DNA of 59,498 nucleotides, filler included, from Sphacelaria rigidula (GCA_964200075.2; 8 parts of 8 records of this genome joined end to end with filler, not necessarily neighbours in it); one strand, 5' to 3'; positions 24,700 through 36,896 are shown, counted from the first letter of the whole stretch. The notes: a model not told the origin generated them from the letters alone. Numbers and translations: made by a program.

Positions 24700-26450
24700 A
24701 ACAGACTTGAACCAAGCACTTACAGGGCCAGACGCGAAGGGTCGGGATACAAGTTTTCGCTGAGAAGTGCAAATCGATCAATGATCACGATGTCACGGAA
24801 TGGACTGCACCGCCTAAAGACGTGCAGTTTGTTCCATCAATGTCCTATTTCAGGTGAAATACAAATACCGCAAAGACGGCGTCTCAAATTATACAGAATT
24901 CTCGAGTGGCGGTCCAAGATTTTCAGGAGGCCGACACAGGAGCACACGAAGCGGCACCGGGGACTTTGCAGAAATCTGTTCGGACGCTGATAGGTAGGTC
25001 TACAGGAACAGTTAAAAAGAGCAACTAACCGCTCAAGATGGTCCATATCAAGCCAGCTTTCCCGCAAGCACCCTTTGAACACCGGAAGATCCAGTCGTAA
25101 ACGTGCACCCCCCAACCCCCGAAAGGTTACCGGTGCTCACTTCAGCAAGCGGAAAAAAGGTAAAGACTTGTAAGGCTTTGCTTCACGAGTAATGCCGCGT
25201 GAGGGGGGTGCACTTTCTGGACCAAAACTTGTCTGAGGCTGCTACGCACGAAGGCCCAGATATTTGTCATCGAGCGGCTTCTATACGGCAAAGAGCCCCA
25301 GGGGAAAAAAAGTGCACTCGTACCGTGGCATTTCTCCTACAGTACATGAAGGATGTCACCTCGCGAATGTTAGGGAACGATGCACACATTTCTGCTAGAG
25401 CGTGATTGCATTATCGTCGAGCACGGTAGACCCGTGTGTGTACAACCTGGATGACAGGGCAGCAGTACTCCTTCTTCGGCGCGTGGACGACATTTGCTTG
25501 ACAGGGTTAGATGAACCCCCGACTACTTTCGAAAACAGTTCAACTATACTCGTAAGGAGTACTGTTGACGGGGGAGGGGTTTCCCCCCGAAATCTCCGAT
25601 ATTTTGGCGGGGGGGGGGAATCTCCGGAAAATGTGAGAGCAGATTTCTGGAACAGGTCAGGCAGTAGATCGCGTTAAGATTGAATACTCATTTCTCCGAA
25701 AATCTACCGTGAAACGTTTTGTTTCATCAATTTATTTTTGGGCGGAGTCAGGAAAAAATCGTATTTTTCGGAAAATGTGGAAAAAGACGGGAAGAATTAT
25801 CCACTCGTTAGTTAACACGATCCCTCGAAGAAATGTCCGAAATGATGGATTTAGGAAACGCGAGGTTTCAATGAGTACTCTCCTTGGGAATGGAACGAAA
25901 CGCTCGAGCTGGCAAGATTGTCTTGACTCAAGCAAGAAACGCGCGCCAGACGTGTGCTGGAATCATATGGCATGCTCGATGCTTGACCGATCAAAACGCC
26001 AGCTAAGGTAGCTTCAATGCAAATCAGGAAAGGGTTTCTATCTCCGGAGGGCACGTCATTCTTCAGAGGATCCGCGGGTTTTATTCTCTCTTTGAGTAGA
26101 TGCGCCAGACCCCATACTACGCATCCAGTCACGGTACTAATTAGAAGCAACGTAAAACCAGGCCCACGCGCTGTGGACAAACTGAAACGGGTTGTACGAT
26201 ACATAGCAGGGTCTTTGGAGATACAGGTTTGACATTCTCCTCGGATGCTGAGGATGGCGGTCAGTTCTCAGTGTTTGCATCCGCAGATCATGCTGGTTAC
26301 AAGGATAAAGGGCAGTTTCTACAATCAACCGGACACTCATGTAAGTTTGGGTGGAGCACCTTCGAACTGCGAGTACAAACTGTAAACAGTGGTGGCTATA
26401 CTTCAACAGTTGAAGCGGGCACGTCGACGCTTACAAGCGATCAACCCAAT
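24700..26450 (+). mobile_element. Heavily decayed Copia pol remnant (RT-RNase H); may extend upstream to ~22700
   Basis: SSTVDPCVY...LLLRRVDDICLTG (YVDD equivalent); CARP...KLKRVVRYIAGS; VFASADHAG...STVEAG. Many stops; boundaries approximate. Confidence 0.72.
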
Positions 26451-28443
26451 TCGTCACTCGCGCCCTTTTCTAGTCTTACCAGAACTGGAAAGCTTGACAG
26501 CGCGCTGACGGGAAGAAGTGATGGCACTCGAAATGCCGCTACAAGAAAGACTGTGTCGTGTACGACCTCCTCCCTAGAACCTTGGAACCTTGTCTACAGC
26601 GTGCCAAACGATTCAGTATTTTCTGTGACCTTTATTTATTTTTCAAGACGCGGTAAAACCCGAGCATAGACTGAAGCGTCTGTAAGATGGGAGGACAACC
26701 AAGAAGAAGCTTCGAAATTGTCTCGTAGAGATAATATCGAATCTCCGACGCGTCTTGTGGACATGAAGTTTCCTCACAAATCTCGCAGCTGACGAAGTGG
26801 TCGGTGGCGTAGAGTATAATGAAACGCGATATCAAAAGGCGGGGCATCTTCGCGAAGAGCCTAGGACAGCGTATAACGGTCGTGAATGATCGTTCAGTAT
26901 ATTTCTGAGTAGGCATATCTGTATACCGTATTTATTTGAGAAAAATGCGAGATCAACTAGCGTAAGATTCAATGTCTGTCCGAACGACTCTGCGGAAGGC
27001 AGAGAGGGCAGAGGACAGAAATACGCTATCGTTTCGTTTGTACTCTTGAGATTGGAGGATAGGGAGTTTTAATAAGTATTGACACTACAGTAAATAAATC
27101 TTGCCTTGATCAAGCGATTCTTGGGAAGACATGTTGGGGTATGGTGGCAAGAACAGCACCTACGGTATGAATAGTTGCAGTGTTCAAAATCATTTATCGT
27201 TCATGTTGTACTTCGAGTTGCCGTGCTTGGGTTTATGTACCCGTCATATATATTGTACTCCAAGGACGGGTTTTGTGATCAGTAGAACACTCCTGAGCTA
27301 TAGCGCCGAAGTGTGCTTTACTACTCAACTGAAGGATATGTTTTTACCTCTCTGCCTCCTCAATGTCACTTAGTTAATAAAATAGCTCACCAACGAGATG
27401 TATCCTCCAAGTTCCCGTCGCGAGTGAGCTCGGGCAAACACCCGTTCGGGCTGCATCCACTTCCAGAGTTCTTGACGTCATAGGCATTAGCCCAAACGCT
27501 CACTGTCGCATCGGTATCCACAATTTGAGCTGCCTCGAGTTGCATGTGTTATTCACAGGCGGGTGGGCGGGGGGGAGGGGGGGAGATTGCACGTGGGTAA
27601 GTGATATCTTTCGACAGCTGACTCCTCTTTGCTCAGAAGTCAATATCTACGCACAAATTCGGTACATCTCCACTCATCATGCGAACTATCTGTTAAATTT
27701 CCGTCTTTCGTACGAGCTGGGCCAGCCTAGGATCGGGTTTACGCTCTCAAAGCAATATCTCATCGACACAGATGAGTTGGGCCGTGATCTGCATACTAAT
27801 TAAGGGGCAGGTGCCCATCTGCTAAAAAGTCTGGGCCGATATTTTTTCGTTCGTTGATGAAATCCCATGCCTAGTAATTCCTACACCGAACAACGGAGAT
27901 AGCGCCCATACTAAAATCTGTATGAAATCCCGATCGAAACATTCAGCGGATGACGGCGACTTTTGGTGTGAACATTCCCTGGAGCACGAGGAGACGATAG
28001 ACACCCTCACCTTCACATAATTCGTTATCCATCTCATGATATGGCCCACAGAAGGTTCTATACAAAAATCAATATATTACTAGCAGAGGCACTAGATGAA
28101 CTACTATAAATCTGGATATTGCGCCTCAGTTTTTGAAAGTTGTGTCATGAAATTTCGTGCGGAGAACCGCCATTAATAGAGCATAATAAAGTTGCAAATA
28201 TTAGCTTTTTCATTTTATTTCATTTTATTTCATTTTATTTTATTTTATTTTTATTTTTTCGTTGTTTTAGGGCAGTTTTTTTGAAGAGAAATGAACACTC
28301 CTCTTAGGGCCTTACCTCAATTTGACATTTAGCATGGAAAACCACAGAGGTGTATGCTGAATAAAGAGGTGGGGGGGGGCTCCATTTTTTTCGGGGGGAG
28401 GGGTCCGGACGTTCTTGTAAAGAAATGGTCGTGACCATACTAA

Positions 28444-28950
28444 GGCCACTCCTTGTAGCAGACAAAAATATAAATCTGGAAAAGTTCCTTTTTGGAGCTT
28501 CTAAGTCGTTTACGCCGTAAAAGAGAGCTAGGCGGAATTTGATACCACGTTGGAATGCCTTGCTGAACTCGTTGAGACGGTTCTAGCATACCTGTGCGTT
28601 TCCGGTGGCAGCAGTTTTTTTCTTGCCCAGACTTGCATTTTTGTCGAAGATCGCTCATTTTTCTTGGAGACCGGTCAAGTGCAGAAAACTTCGCGAATTT
28701 ATGTGTCCTTGATTGGCTAGCCTCCGAGAAAAATGAGCGATCTTCGACAAAAATGCAAGTCTGGGCAACAAAAAAACTGACGCCACCAGAAAAACGCACA
28801 GGTGTGCTGGAACCGTCTCAACGAGTACAGCAAGGCATTCCAACGTGGTATCAAATTCCGCCTAGCTCTCTTTTACGGCGTAAACGACTTAGAAGCTCCA
28901 AAAAGGCACTTTTCCAGATGTATATTTTTGTCTGCGATATAATGAGCGCC
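28444..28950. mobile_element. Palindromic Harbinger/Tourist-like MITE with ~235-bp arms and a ~30-bp loop
   Basis: Near-perfect inverted arms (ORFs 28440- and 28594+ give nearly the same peptide); GGC...GCC ends flanked by TAA and TGA. Confidence 0.85.
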
Positions 28951-29539
28951 TGAAACGCCCTAAACCAGTGAAAAAAAGTAAAAAATTATCAACCTGACCC
29001 ACTTTTTTGGTTCAGCATGCCCTAGCGAGGTCCAACACAAAATTTTAATACACAAGCACCAAACGTGGGCTAGAAGGTGGTATACTGTTCCGAATTTCTA
29101 CCTACCCGGTTTTTCAACTGCCCGTTTGCCGGCCAACATTTAGAGTTGGAGCCTACAAATTGGTATGAACAATGAATAGGGCAATAATTTAAATTGGCCT
29201 TCACTCATGCATGGGAAAAAAAAAGTTTTTGGGTGCTTTCGTAATTGTTTTATTTTGCGTTATAAATAATTGTCCATACCAGATTTTAGGCTCCACTCTA
29301 AATATTGGGCGGCGAATGGGCTGCAAACTACAAATTCGCCTCTAGGCTGTGGCCCAGCTCGCATTCAAGCAGTACGCGAGTTCCAACGAAAAGTCGGGCG
29401 ATGGATATGGGCAGACCACAGGTGTATGGTTAGGAAACAGGATATGTGTGACAAGTTCATGAGCTGGAGCTACTTAACCCTTTGACCGCGAGGGTAGGTC
29501 ACCTGTGAAATCGGCATCAAAATTCACTCGAAAAAAGGC

Positions 29540-29701
29540 ATAGGTACATGGTCTACGGACGACAACCGCCAGACATTCGGAATTGACCGCGCCCTTTGGA
29601 CATCAGCAGCAAAGAAGGAGGGGGGGTTGCCATGGCACGCGGGAGTGCTGCAGGGAACGGAGAGGTTCATGACCTCATGGCACAGGAAGGAAGAGGAGGC
29701 C
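29540..29701 (+). mobile_element. 3' fragment of an RTE-like LINE ORF
   Basis: WHAGVLQGTERFMTSWHRKEEE resembles the C-terminus WHSYVGEGAKRFIAASCQK of the LINE at 15771. Confidence 0.55.
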
Positions 29702-29801
29702 NNNNNNNNNNNNNNNNNNNNNNNNNNNNNNNNNNNNNNNNNNNNTTAATTAATTAANNNNNNNNNNNNNNNNNNNNNNNNNNNNNNNNNNNNNNNNNNN
29801 N
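29702..29801. other. Artificial contig spacer
   Basis: N44-TTAATTAATTAA-N44. Confidence 0.98.
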
Positions 29802-30159
29802 CTCAAAACGTTTGGGATCCCACGGCCAAACCCCCAAAGAAAACAACAAAATAGGAAAAAGTACCCCCCCCCCCCCCCCCCCTCCCCACCACCCGTCAGC
29901 CTGGTCCGGCGAAAATCCGGCGTGCTCCGCCCCGGCTTTGAAGGAACGGACCCCCTATGGGGTGGGCGTCGGTTGGCGATTACGCAGTAAAACACGCTAC
30001 TCACTGCGTACGCTAGGCGACCAGGTTACCGATTTGTTTTTGCGCGCTTGCGTTTGTCTTGCTGTACCCATGATGGTAGTCGAGCTAGATCCTATTGTGC
30101 GGAATGGGAGAGTCTCAACTCCGTGCAAAGGAGATGATTGTACTACGTGGTGTTCAAAT

Positions 30160-30793
30160 GGTGGGACACCCATGAGGCAGCGAACAAGCCGTGGTTGTCT
30201 CTGGAAGTGGCGATACCAGAAAATGAAGCAACTTATTGGAGACTGTCATCCAAGTGCAAGACAATCGTAGCAGGATACAGCTCACCCTTCATGCGACTCA
30301 TGTATGTCTATCAATGTGATCACCACGTAGTAAAACGATCCCCTTTGTGTAACTCGTAACTATCTCTGGAAGTGGCGATGCCAAAAAACGGAGCAAGTCA
30401 TTCGAGGCTGTCATTCATGCGCAAGATAATCATTACGCTTCGGGCCGAGCAATCGTAGCAGGATACAGCTCACCCTTCATGCGACTCATGTATGTCTATC
30501 CATGTCATCACGTAGTACAACGATACCCTTTGCGTAACACGTAACTATCTCTGGAAGTGGCGACACCAGAAAATGGAGCAAGTCATTCGAGGCTGTCATT
30601 CATGTGCAAGATAATTAGTGCGATGCGGGCCGAAAAATCTTAGTAGGGTGCACCTCACCCTTCATGCGACTCGCCGAACATATCACGGCGCTTCGCGCTT
30701 GGTGATTGATTGAGCTGGCGTGCTCCGTCCCGGCTCTGTAGGGATGGGGATGCGAGATCATGACTACAGTATGCAAAATAATGAGTGCACCCC
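30160..30793 (+). repeat. Interspersed repeat with three internal tandem units (~165-185 bp), ending ATGAGTGCACCCC
   Basis: TCTCTGGAAGTGGCGA.ACCAGAAAATG recurs at 30198, 30362 and 30548; related sequence at 36941-37100 (-), 52150-52308 (+) and 59460-59498. Confidence 0.8.
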
Positions 30794-30794
30794 T

Positions 30795-31149
30795 GCCGGT
30801 CGCCCCGGTGGCTCAGTTGGTAACCTCGAAACCTCCTGACGGTTGGGTCGTGGCTTCAAATCTCGGAGCGATCTGGGATTTTATCTCACACCTTGCCCAA
30901 CAGCGGAGAGTGACTATGTTGTGGGTACACAATATTCGACTTAACGGTCGACGAAGAAAAGGGACTGCTGGATCCCTCTCGAGATACAAAATGAAGGCAA
31001 GCACCGCAGAAGGAGGTGGGGTATCCGAAACAAATAAAGAAGAAAAAGCTCCTGTGTTGACCTTCCTCCTGTGTGACCCCGGCTGGTGCGACCACGTATA
31101 CCGAAAGATGTAGACCGGCGCCCAGAATAGATGGGACGACAACACACAC
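30795..31149 (+). mobile_element. tRNA-derived SINE
   Basis: Head GCCGGTCGCCCCGGTGGCTCAGTTGG (A box) with a degenerate B box (GCTTCAAATC), ~280-bp body and (AC)n tail; diverged full-length copy at 50067-50454. Confidence 0.8.
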
Positions 31150-31339
31150 CCTCCAAACAAAAAACACCGACTATCACAACTCATAATATCCCACACCTGA
31201 TCAAAGGAGCAGAGTATAGACATACAAAACGAACTTCAAACAGAGAGTCAAAATAAACTGCCGCCCTCCACCCGCACCCTCCCCCCAACCCCTCTTGGTA
31301 CCCTATCCTACATTCAACATGCGCCACCGTTACACTTAC

Positions 31340-31590
31340 CCGGCCTTGCACGTCGGACAGCCGCAGTCCTTGTCGATAGGCCTGTTGTCAAATCGATATC
31401 GGCCCTTCATGAGGTCCACGTGTTCCCGGGGACGCTGGCGCTGCCGGGCCTTCTTGTTCGCCGTTCTCCCTTCCTCTTCTTCCTGGTCCGCTGCGTCCTC
31501 CTCCCAAAACTTGGCCTTCACTAACGCGCCCCCGTGTCGCCCGAGTCTCGTTGGGTGGACGCAGTCGAACGTGTCGATTCCTTGTCGGAC
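31340..31590 (-). CDS. tgt: TGT exon (VRQGIDTFDCVHPTRLGRHGGALVK...PIDKDCGCPTCKAG)
   Basis: Acceptor ctgtacag, donor gtaag; 251 nt, phase 0 to phase 2. Confidence 0.93.
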
Positions 31591-34464
31591 CTGTACAGGT
31601 GATGTTTTTCACTGCTCATTTCGTGTGCGTGTTGACATCCAACCCATCCTGGACGCCAGTCTACACCTTTCGGAATGATTGACTAGGTAACTTGTGTGAA
31701 TATATTTACATGCGTTCAATACGCACCTAGCCAGTTTTCCGATCGTCATTTCCCGTGGTTTTTTCTTGGCCAATCAGAGAGCTGTGTGCCGCTTCACCCT
31801 TCTCTCAGAATGCCTCTACCGTAACGTGAGTACGGTATGTGCATAGCGTAAATGACGTAAGTGCCCTGTGGCATAATCCTCAAATACGGTCGTCTTTCTC
31901 GGGACGGCCTTCGCTCAACTTCTCAGTAGCTTTGACCAACCCCGAAAGCATATCGACAATGTCACAGAGGTTTTGCATGCATTTTACGACGTCTTCAGTA
32001 CTGTAAAGCGATGCAACTGTCGGTGCATGTGAACGGTACCTCACATGTGAACCGCTATGTATACGCTTTGTGACTCGCTGGTCGGTGCGTGTGAACGATA
32101 CGCTTTCAAGACACGCGGGTCACAAAGCGATGCAGCTGTCTTGAGGCCAACCAGTGGTACTGAAAGCGGGTCACAAGGCGTACATAGCCCTCGGACAGCC
32201 CTGCACTTAGATGCTTGCCGAAAGAGCGTGCATGCCAGTGAACTCTGCAGTGAGAGCCATGAGAAGTACTGCAAACGAAAAACCCAAGCATTTTAAGCAC
32301 AAACCTCTCTCTCTATATACTCATCGGTACATGTGTAATAGCGCCGGTATATACACAGAAAGGTGGTATCGACTTGACCATAAATTACGTTTTTTTTCCA
32401 CATTTCGAAGTACAGTGCACGTGCAGGACACCAATCCCGCCCTCCCAAGTACAGTATATCCCATGCAACTCCAACCGCCACAATCCCCACGAAGCACATC
32501 ACCATGCAACCCCAACTCCAACAGCGCGAGAGGGTTATCACAAAATCCCTAGCCTTCGTCGGCGAAATATTTCAGCTGTCTACTTGACAGCAAGGCCGCC
32601 AAGACGGAAAATCGAAGAACCAACTCCAACACGGACCATCCCAAGCTGGGACAAAAGCACCGCAAACCTATTCGCGTATAACACCGAGGTCACACACCGC
32701 CGTGTGCACTTCCAAGCACGCAAAAAAGTGCCTGCGAAGGTGAGAGCAGCACACACGGCACACACCACAGCACGACCAAAAATACCAACAGCTGAGGATG
32801 TATGTGAATCGCGGTGTAGTTTGACCGCTGGACTGGTCATCACCCCATATCCTCCGTGACGGTCGCCGTACGAAGATCGCTGAGCGACGGTTTCTCGCGG
32901 CGAAGTGTTGTCTAGACGCCTACTGCTTGCTTTCACGCGTTTCTGTTGATCGTGCCTTTATTCAAGGGGGAGAGGAGGAGCATACCAACTGTACTGTGCT
33001 CATTTGTTGATCTCCTTCGTGTCACAGTTGAGTCGACGCGTCAAGTTTTTTTGGTACAGTTACTTGCGGACTTGAGCGATATCTACACGTGAGCGAGTTT
33101 ACACATTCCGAATGAAGATAACCTTTTTTTGCTATGTTGTAGGTTTTTCAACGTGATCTTCTGAGCAACCCTTCAGGATCTTCAGCGACATCTCCACAGG
33201 ATTACATGAATTACGAATGAGAAGCAAACCTTTTGTTACCTTGTACTTTGTTTCAACGTCATCTTTTCGAGTAATCCTTCACATGATGCGTCAAGAAGAC
33301 CGAGTGCTGTGTCACAGTCTGCTGATAGCAAGATACGCAAACCGCGCACAATAGCACACTATCCCACCGGCGAAGCCGTGGCCGTTCCCTGGTGATGAAA
33401 TCAATATCAAGCGTACGACAACAAGTCGACCCCTGACTTGTGCGATATTAATAACAAACTTTTGAGAATCCTTGCTCAGGTCCATCATCCAAATATAGTC
33501 ACGTCTGGTGATTACTGTCACGTATACACACATGTATATATACATATATAACGCACACTCTGACCACAGAGACGTCCTTTTAGTATGGTGAACATGCGGA
33601 ATAGGTTTCACTCCACGCAAAACAGGATACTGCGTTCAGGTCACCGTTTGGCAACGCAAAAGCAAGCAACGGAGCAGCGCTCCACACGACGACGCCGTGG
33701 GACGCGACGCATCATCTTATTCGCATTTTCCCCCTACACTCATAGACCTGATGCTGTCATATGAAAACACACGAATAGCAACCACCATCCTCACTATCAC
33801 CGACATCATGATCAAAATCACCCAACTCTACACCACATGCATCCACTCATATATCCGTCTTCGTGCTCACCCGCGCCGTTTTCAACATGTATGCAGTCAG
33901 TCAACCCGGGATCGAATATTTCTCGAAGCCTTGGCATATACTCCATGTTGTAACGGTATTCACCCAGTACAATACATACCCCATGGAAAATATCGGAGAT
34001 GCCTCCTATCCCCAAAAGATGCACGGGACGATCGCGCCGAACGCCTTTCATGGTGTCTTTTACCACAGAGTGCATCGTCGCCTGAAGGCAAGAGATAGAC
34101 AAGAGAAAAAAAACAAGACCATGAACACGGTGCGGGCAGAGAGATGGATTCTTCATGCGCGCGCTACAAGCGGATGTGTAGGAAAGGGCATGATGATCTT
34201 AGCGCGCTGCACGTAACCGTTTCGACGTTTCGCCCCTTTGAGAGGGTGTATTGGAGCAGGGTATGTATGCACCACCAGGCAAGCAGACGGGCAACACCGT
34301 GCGCACGTGCTAGTAGCGCAAAAGCACCTACACACCGCATGCGTCCATTGGAAACGCGAGACGTTCGAAGCGAGCTGGCAGCTCTAATTTCACAAGTTCA
34401 ACAAAAAAAACGTCTTGCATGCCGGCACGCGACTCGAACCAAACACAAATTTCAAGTTCCCCCT

Positions 34465-34504
<40 letters not shown>

Positions 34505-36896
34505 ACCTGCAACTCAGCAGTGTACAGACTTCTTCACTGCTTCACTGCCGCCTTTGTGACGACATCCACCTCTTCATACACACCCCACCCCCCGCGACCG
34601 CGGCTATTTATGTGCACCTTGTCTGCCCCGAGGCTGCCCCCGATGGCTATCCCGAAGAAGGGCTGCTTGTTCACGAAAGCCACAGCCTCTTTCCGCAAGT
34701 CAGGGAACACTCCCCCCTGGACGATGCCGTATAGCTGGCGACATGAAATACACACGCAGACGCAGGGGGTGGGAGGGGAGGAACTTAGGGAGGGCGACTT
34801 GAGGGGGGAGCGTACTCATTCGTTGCTTGCCTTAGTCGTTTGACCATCGACATTGGCGACTTGAGGGGGGAAACGGAGTAAAAAAGGGTGAGAAGGCGAC
34901 GGCGGGGACCTAATCCGGTTCTGTTCCGAGCACCAGGCTTATGCTCAAGGAAAAGTGGTCAGGGGAGAGTGAGCACGTAAGATCGATACGCCAAAAACAA
35001 ATAAAACGTTGCACGTTCCAAGAACTTCGGGCATTTTTTTGCCATACGTGTTGTCCTAACCATTACACACGGATACACCCACTTATCCGCGTGGGAATCT
35101 TGCCAGAGCACAATTATCCTCCGCCCCCTAGTGTGCCGACCTTAACCTACGACCCACAAAATGTCCCACCCAGCACATACAGAGCAATTCCTGTCCCCAC
35201 GTTATCAGATTACACCCGCGCGTGGCGCTTAGTTGTGGGCAGCACGTGCGAGCACGAAATGCCTCACCGCCTGCGACCCGTCGTCATGGTCGATGAACTC
35301 TCGGAGACTGCGCAGAGCCCATCGGTGCGTCCGATGCATAGAGGACTCCGTGTACTCTCGCTCAACGTGGAACGGCGTGCACTCGTCTAATGGCAAGGAA
35401 AAGCGGGGCAAACAAAACGCACAGAGACCAAGTCGACGCGAAAGAGCGGGTGAGGAGGGTGACACCAACCGCCAACCCCGACTTGCGGACCGAACCCCCA
35501 AGGCTTGCCGTACGCACCAGGGATCTTCAACACAGAAAGTCAAGAACGTTTCCTTTTGGACATATTTGATAATGGTACTTGTTATCAGTGCAGAGAGAGG
35601 TAATTCCAACGTGAAACTTCGAAGACACTTGTGAGCAACCTGTGCGGTATGTATACTCAAAAGACACAAGGCAAAAACGACTTCTGGATCATGACTTGAT
35701 CAAAATCGCAACATCAATTCGAAATGGAAGGGGAGGCAGCGCGGAGTGGAGGCAGGATCCAGAGCCCCACGTCGCGGTATGCGTGTGGTGGGCGGCAGGG
35801 CGCGTCGTTCGTTGACTACGGGGAAAACGTGAGAGACATGCTCCAGGGACGGCGAAACCTTTCCGGCGAGGGGCACAGCGTATCGTCAAGCGTTTTTAAC
35901 GACACTAGACGCTTTTCTTGCTGGTCCCTCTGTCAGTGCCTTCTTTCTAGTCGAGTTTGTACCAGCGACTGTTGATGCGCCGCTTCTCTAAGCCCTGCGA
36001 ACGACTTCCTTGCGGCCATGGAAAGTTGAAGTTGTTTGGCGGCATGGTTGATGTGAAATAAATCGAGTCAACCGATCAAGCAATCAACAAATCAATCGAT
36101 GGCCTCACAGGTCGAGTCACACACGCGTTGCTCGTCAAGCATGTAAGGAGCGCTAGAGGCCGTTGAACACCCCATGAAAATAGCGCCCCGAGCCACGAAC
36201 CACCTCTCCCAAACACGCACGCTCATCACATCCGGCAGGAATCTATTCCCCTAGACGGCACAAAAAGGAAAGAACAGCGGGAAAGCACATAGAAGACCGG
36301 TGCCAATAGTATGATGGGAGCAAAAGACCCGTTCACGATCGACGTCGCCAGGGCAAGAACGATTCAATTCACGCCTTCCTCTTCTCCTGAGCCTCTTTTT
36401 ACCTTTTATTTTTTTATTCATTTGTTGCACTTTGAACCCCTCCGCTTCCTCGGGATGAGTCCGTGGTCTCAAGGGATAAACCCATCTCTCCCCCGGTACA
36501 CGCCTTGCGTTTTGGACTTGCAGATTGGGTCTGCAGTCCCTCACCGCATCAACTCACGTCAAACAAACTCAGTCATCTACTTTGTTGACTCACGTTCTCA
36601 CGCTTCCCACAGTGCAAATCAGACACTACGAATAAAAAACCCAACGCATCGGGAATCGAACCCTCGTTCTTTCCACCCTAATGGCGACAGCCGGACCATT
36701 ACACCACCGGGGCGTGGCGGTACTTTGTTCATCCGAAAATCATGTTGGAGACTCGTCTTACCGAGGACCACGATGAGGTCAGCACCAAGCTGTCTCTGAA
36801 TCTCTATGGACTTTTCGGGCGTGAGAGACTTGATGGAGCAGTCGTAGTAACTTCTGAACCGTGCGCCTTTCTCTCCGATGGACACCAGCGTTGGGT
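31340..36896 (-). CDS. tgt: Queuine tRNA-ribosyltransferase (tRNA-guanine transglycosylase), partial spliced gene: five internal exons; 5' exons and last exon not on this contig
   Basis: Exons 36896-36762, 35386-35268, 34734-34618, 34081-33980 and 31590-31340 all have AG/GT boundaries and matching phases. They join to FRSYYD..LTPEKSIEIQRQLGADLIVVLDECTP...LYGIVQGG...IAIGGSLG...RPVHLLGIG...GIDTFDCVHPTR...CGCPTC (catalytic Asp and Zn ligands). Confidence 0.95.
33980..34081 (-). CDS. tgt: TGT exon (ATMHSVVKDTMKGVRRDRPVHLLGIGGISDIFHG)
   Basis: Acceptor gccttcag, donor gtatgt; 102 nt, phase 0. Confidence 0.93.
34618..34734 (-). CDS. tgt: TGT exon (LYGIVQGGVFPDLRKEAVAFVNKQPFFGIAIGGSLGADK)
   Basis: Acceptor tcgccag, donor gtgcac; 117 nt, phase 0. 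Confidence 0.92.
35268..35386 (-). CDS. tgt: TGT exon (DECTPFHVEREYTESSMHRTHRWALRSLREFIDHDDGSQA)
   Basis: Acceptor gccattag, donor gtgag; 119 nt, phase 1 to phase 0. Confidence 0.93.
36634..36713 (-). other. tRNA-derived sequence (SINE head or pseudo-tRNA) inside a TGT intron
   Basis: GCCCCGGTGGTGTAATGG (A box) ... GGGTTCGATTCCC (B box), then TTTTTT; the acceptor stem does not pair. Confidence 0.65.
36762..36896 (-). CDS. tgt: TGT exon (PTLVSIGEKGARFRSYYDCSIKSLTPEKSIEIQRQLGADLIVVL)
   Basis: Acceptor cattttag, donor gtaag; 135 nt, phase 1 to phase 1. Confidence 0.92.

Noticed and set aside
28440..28953. Pair of near-identical 119-aa ORFs on opposite strands
   Set aside because: This is an artefact of the palindromic MITE; the same applies to the paired ORFs at 19545/20059 and 55073-56105.
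29990..30095. Candidate last TGT exon after the AG near 30092
   Set aside because: The required phase gives an immediate stop, and no SRAYL...HN motif appears; the terminal exon must be on another contig.
30795..30870. Functional tRNA gene (also 36640-36713 and 50380-50454)
   Set aside because: Acceptor stems do not pair. The 30795 and 50454 copies also have degenerate B boxes and continue into a shared SINE body.
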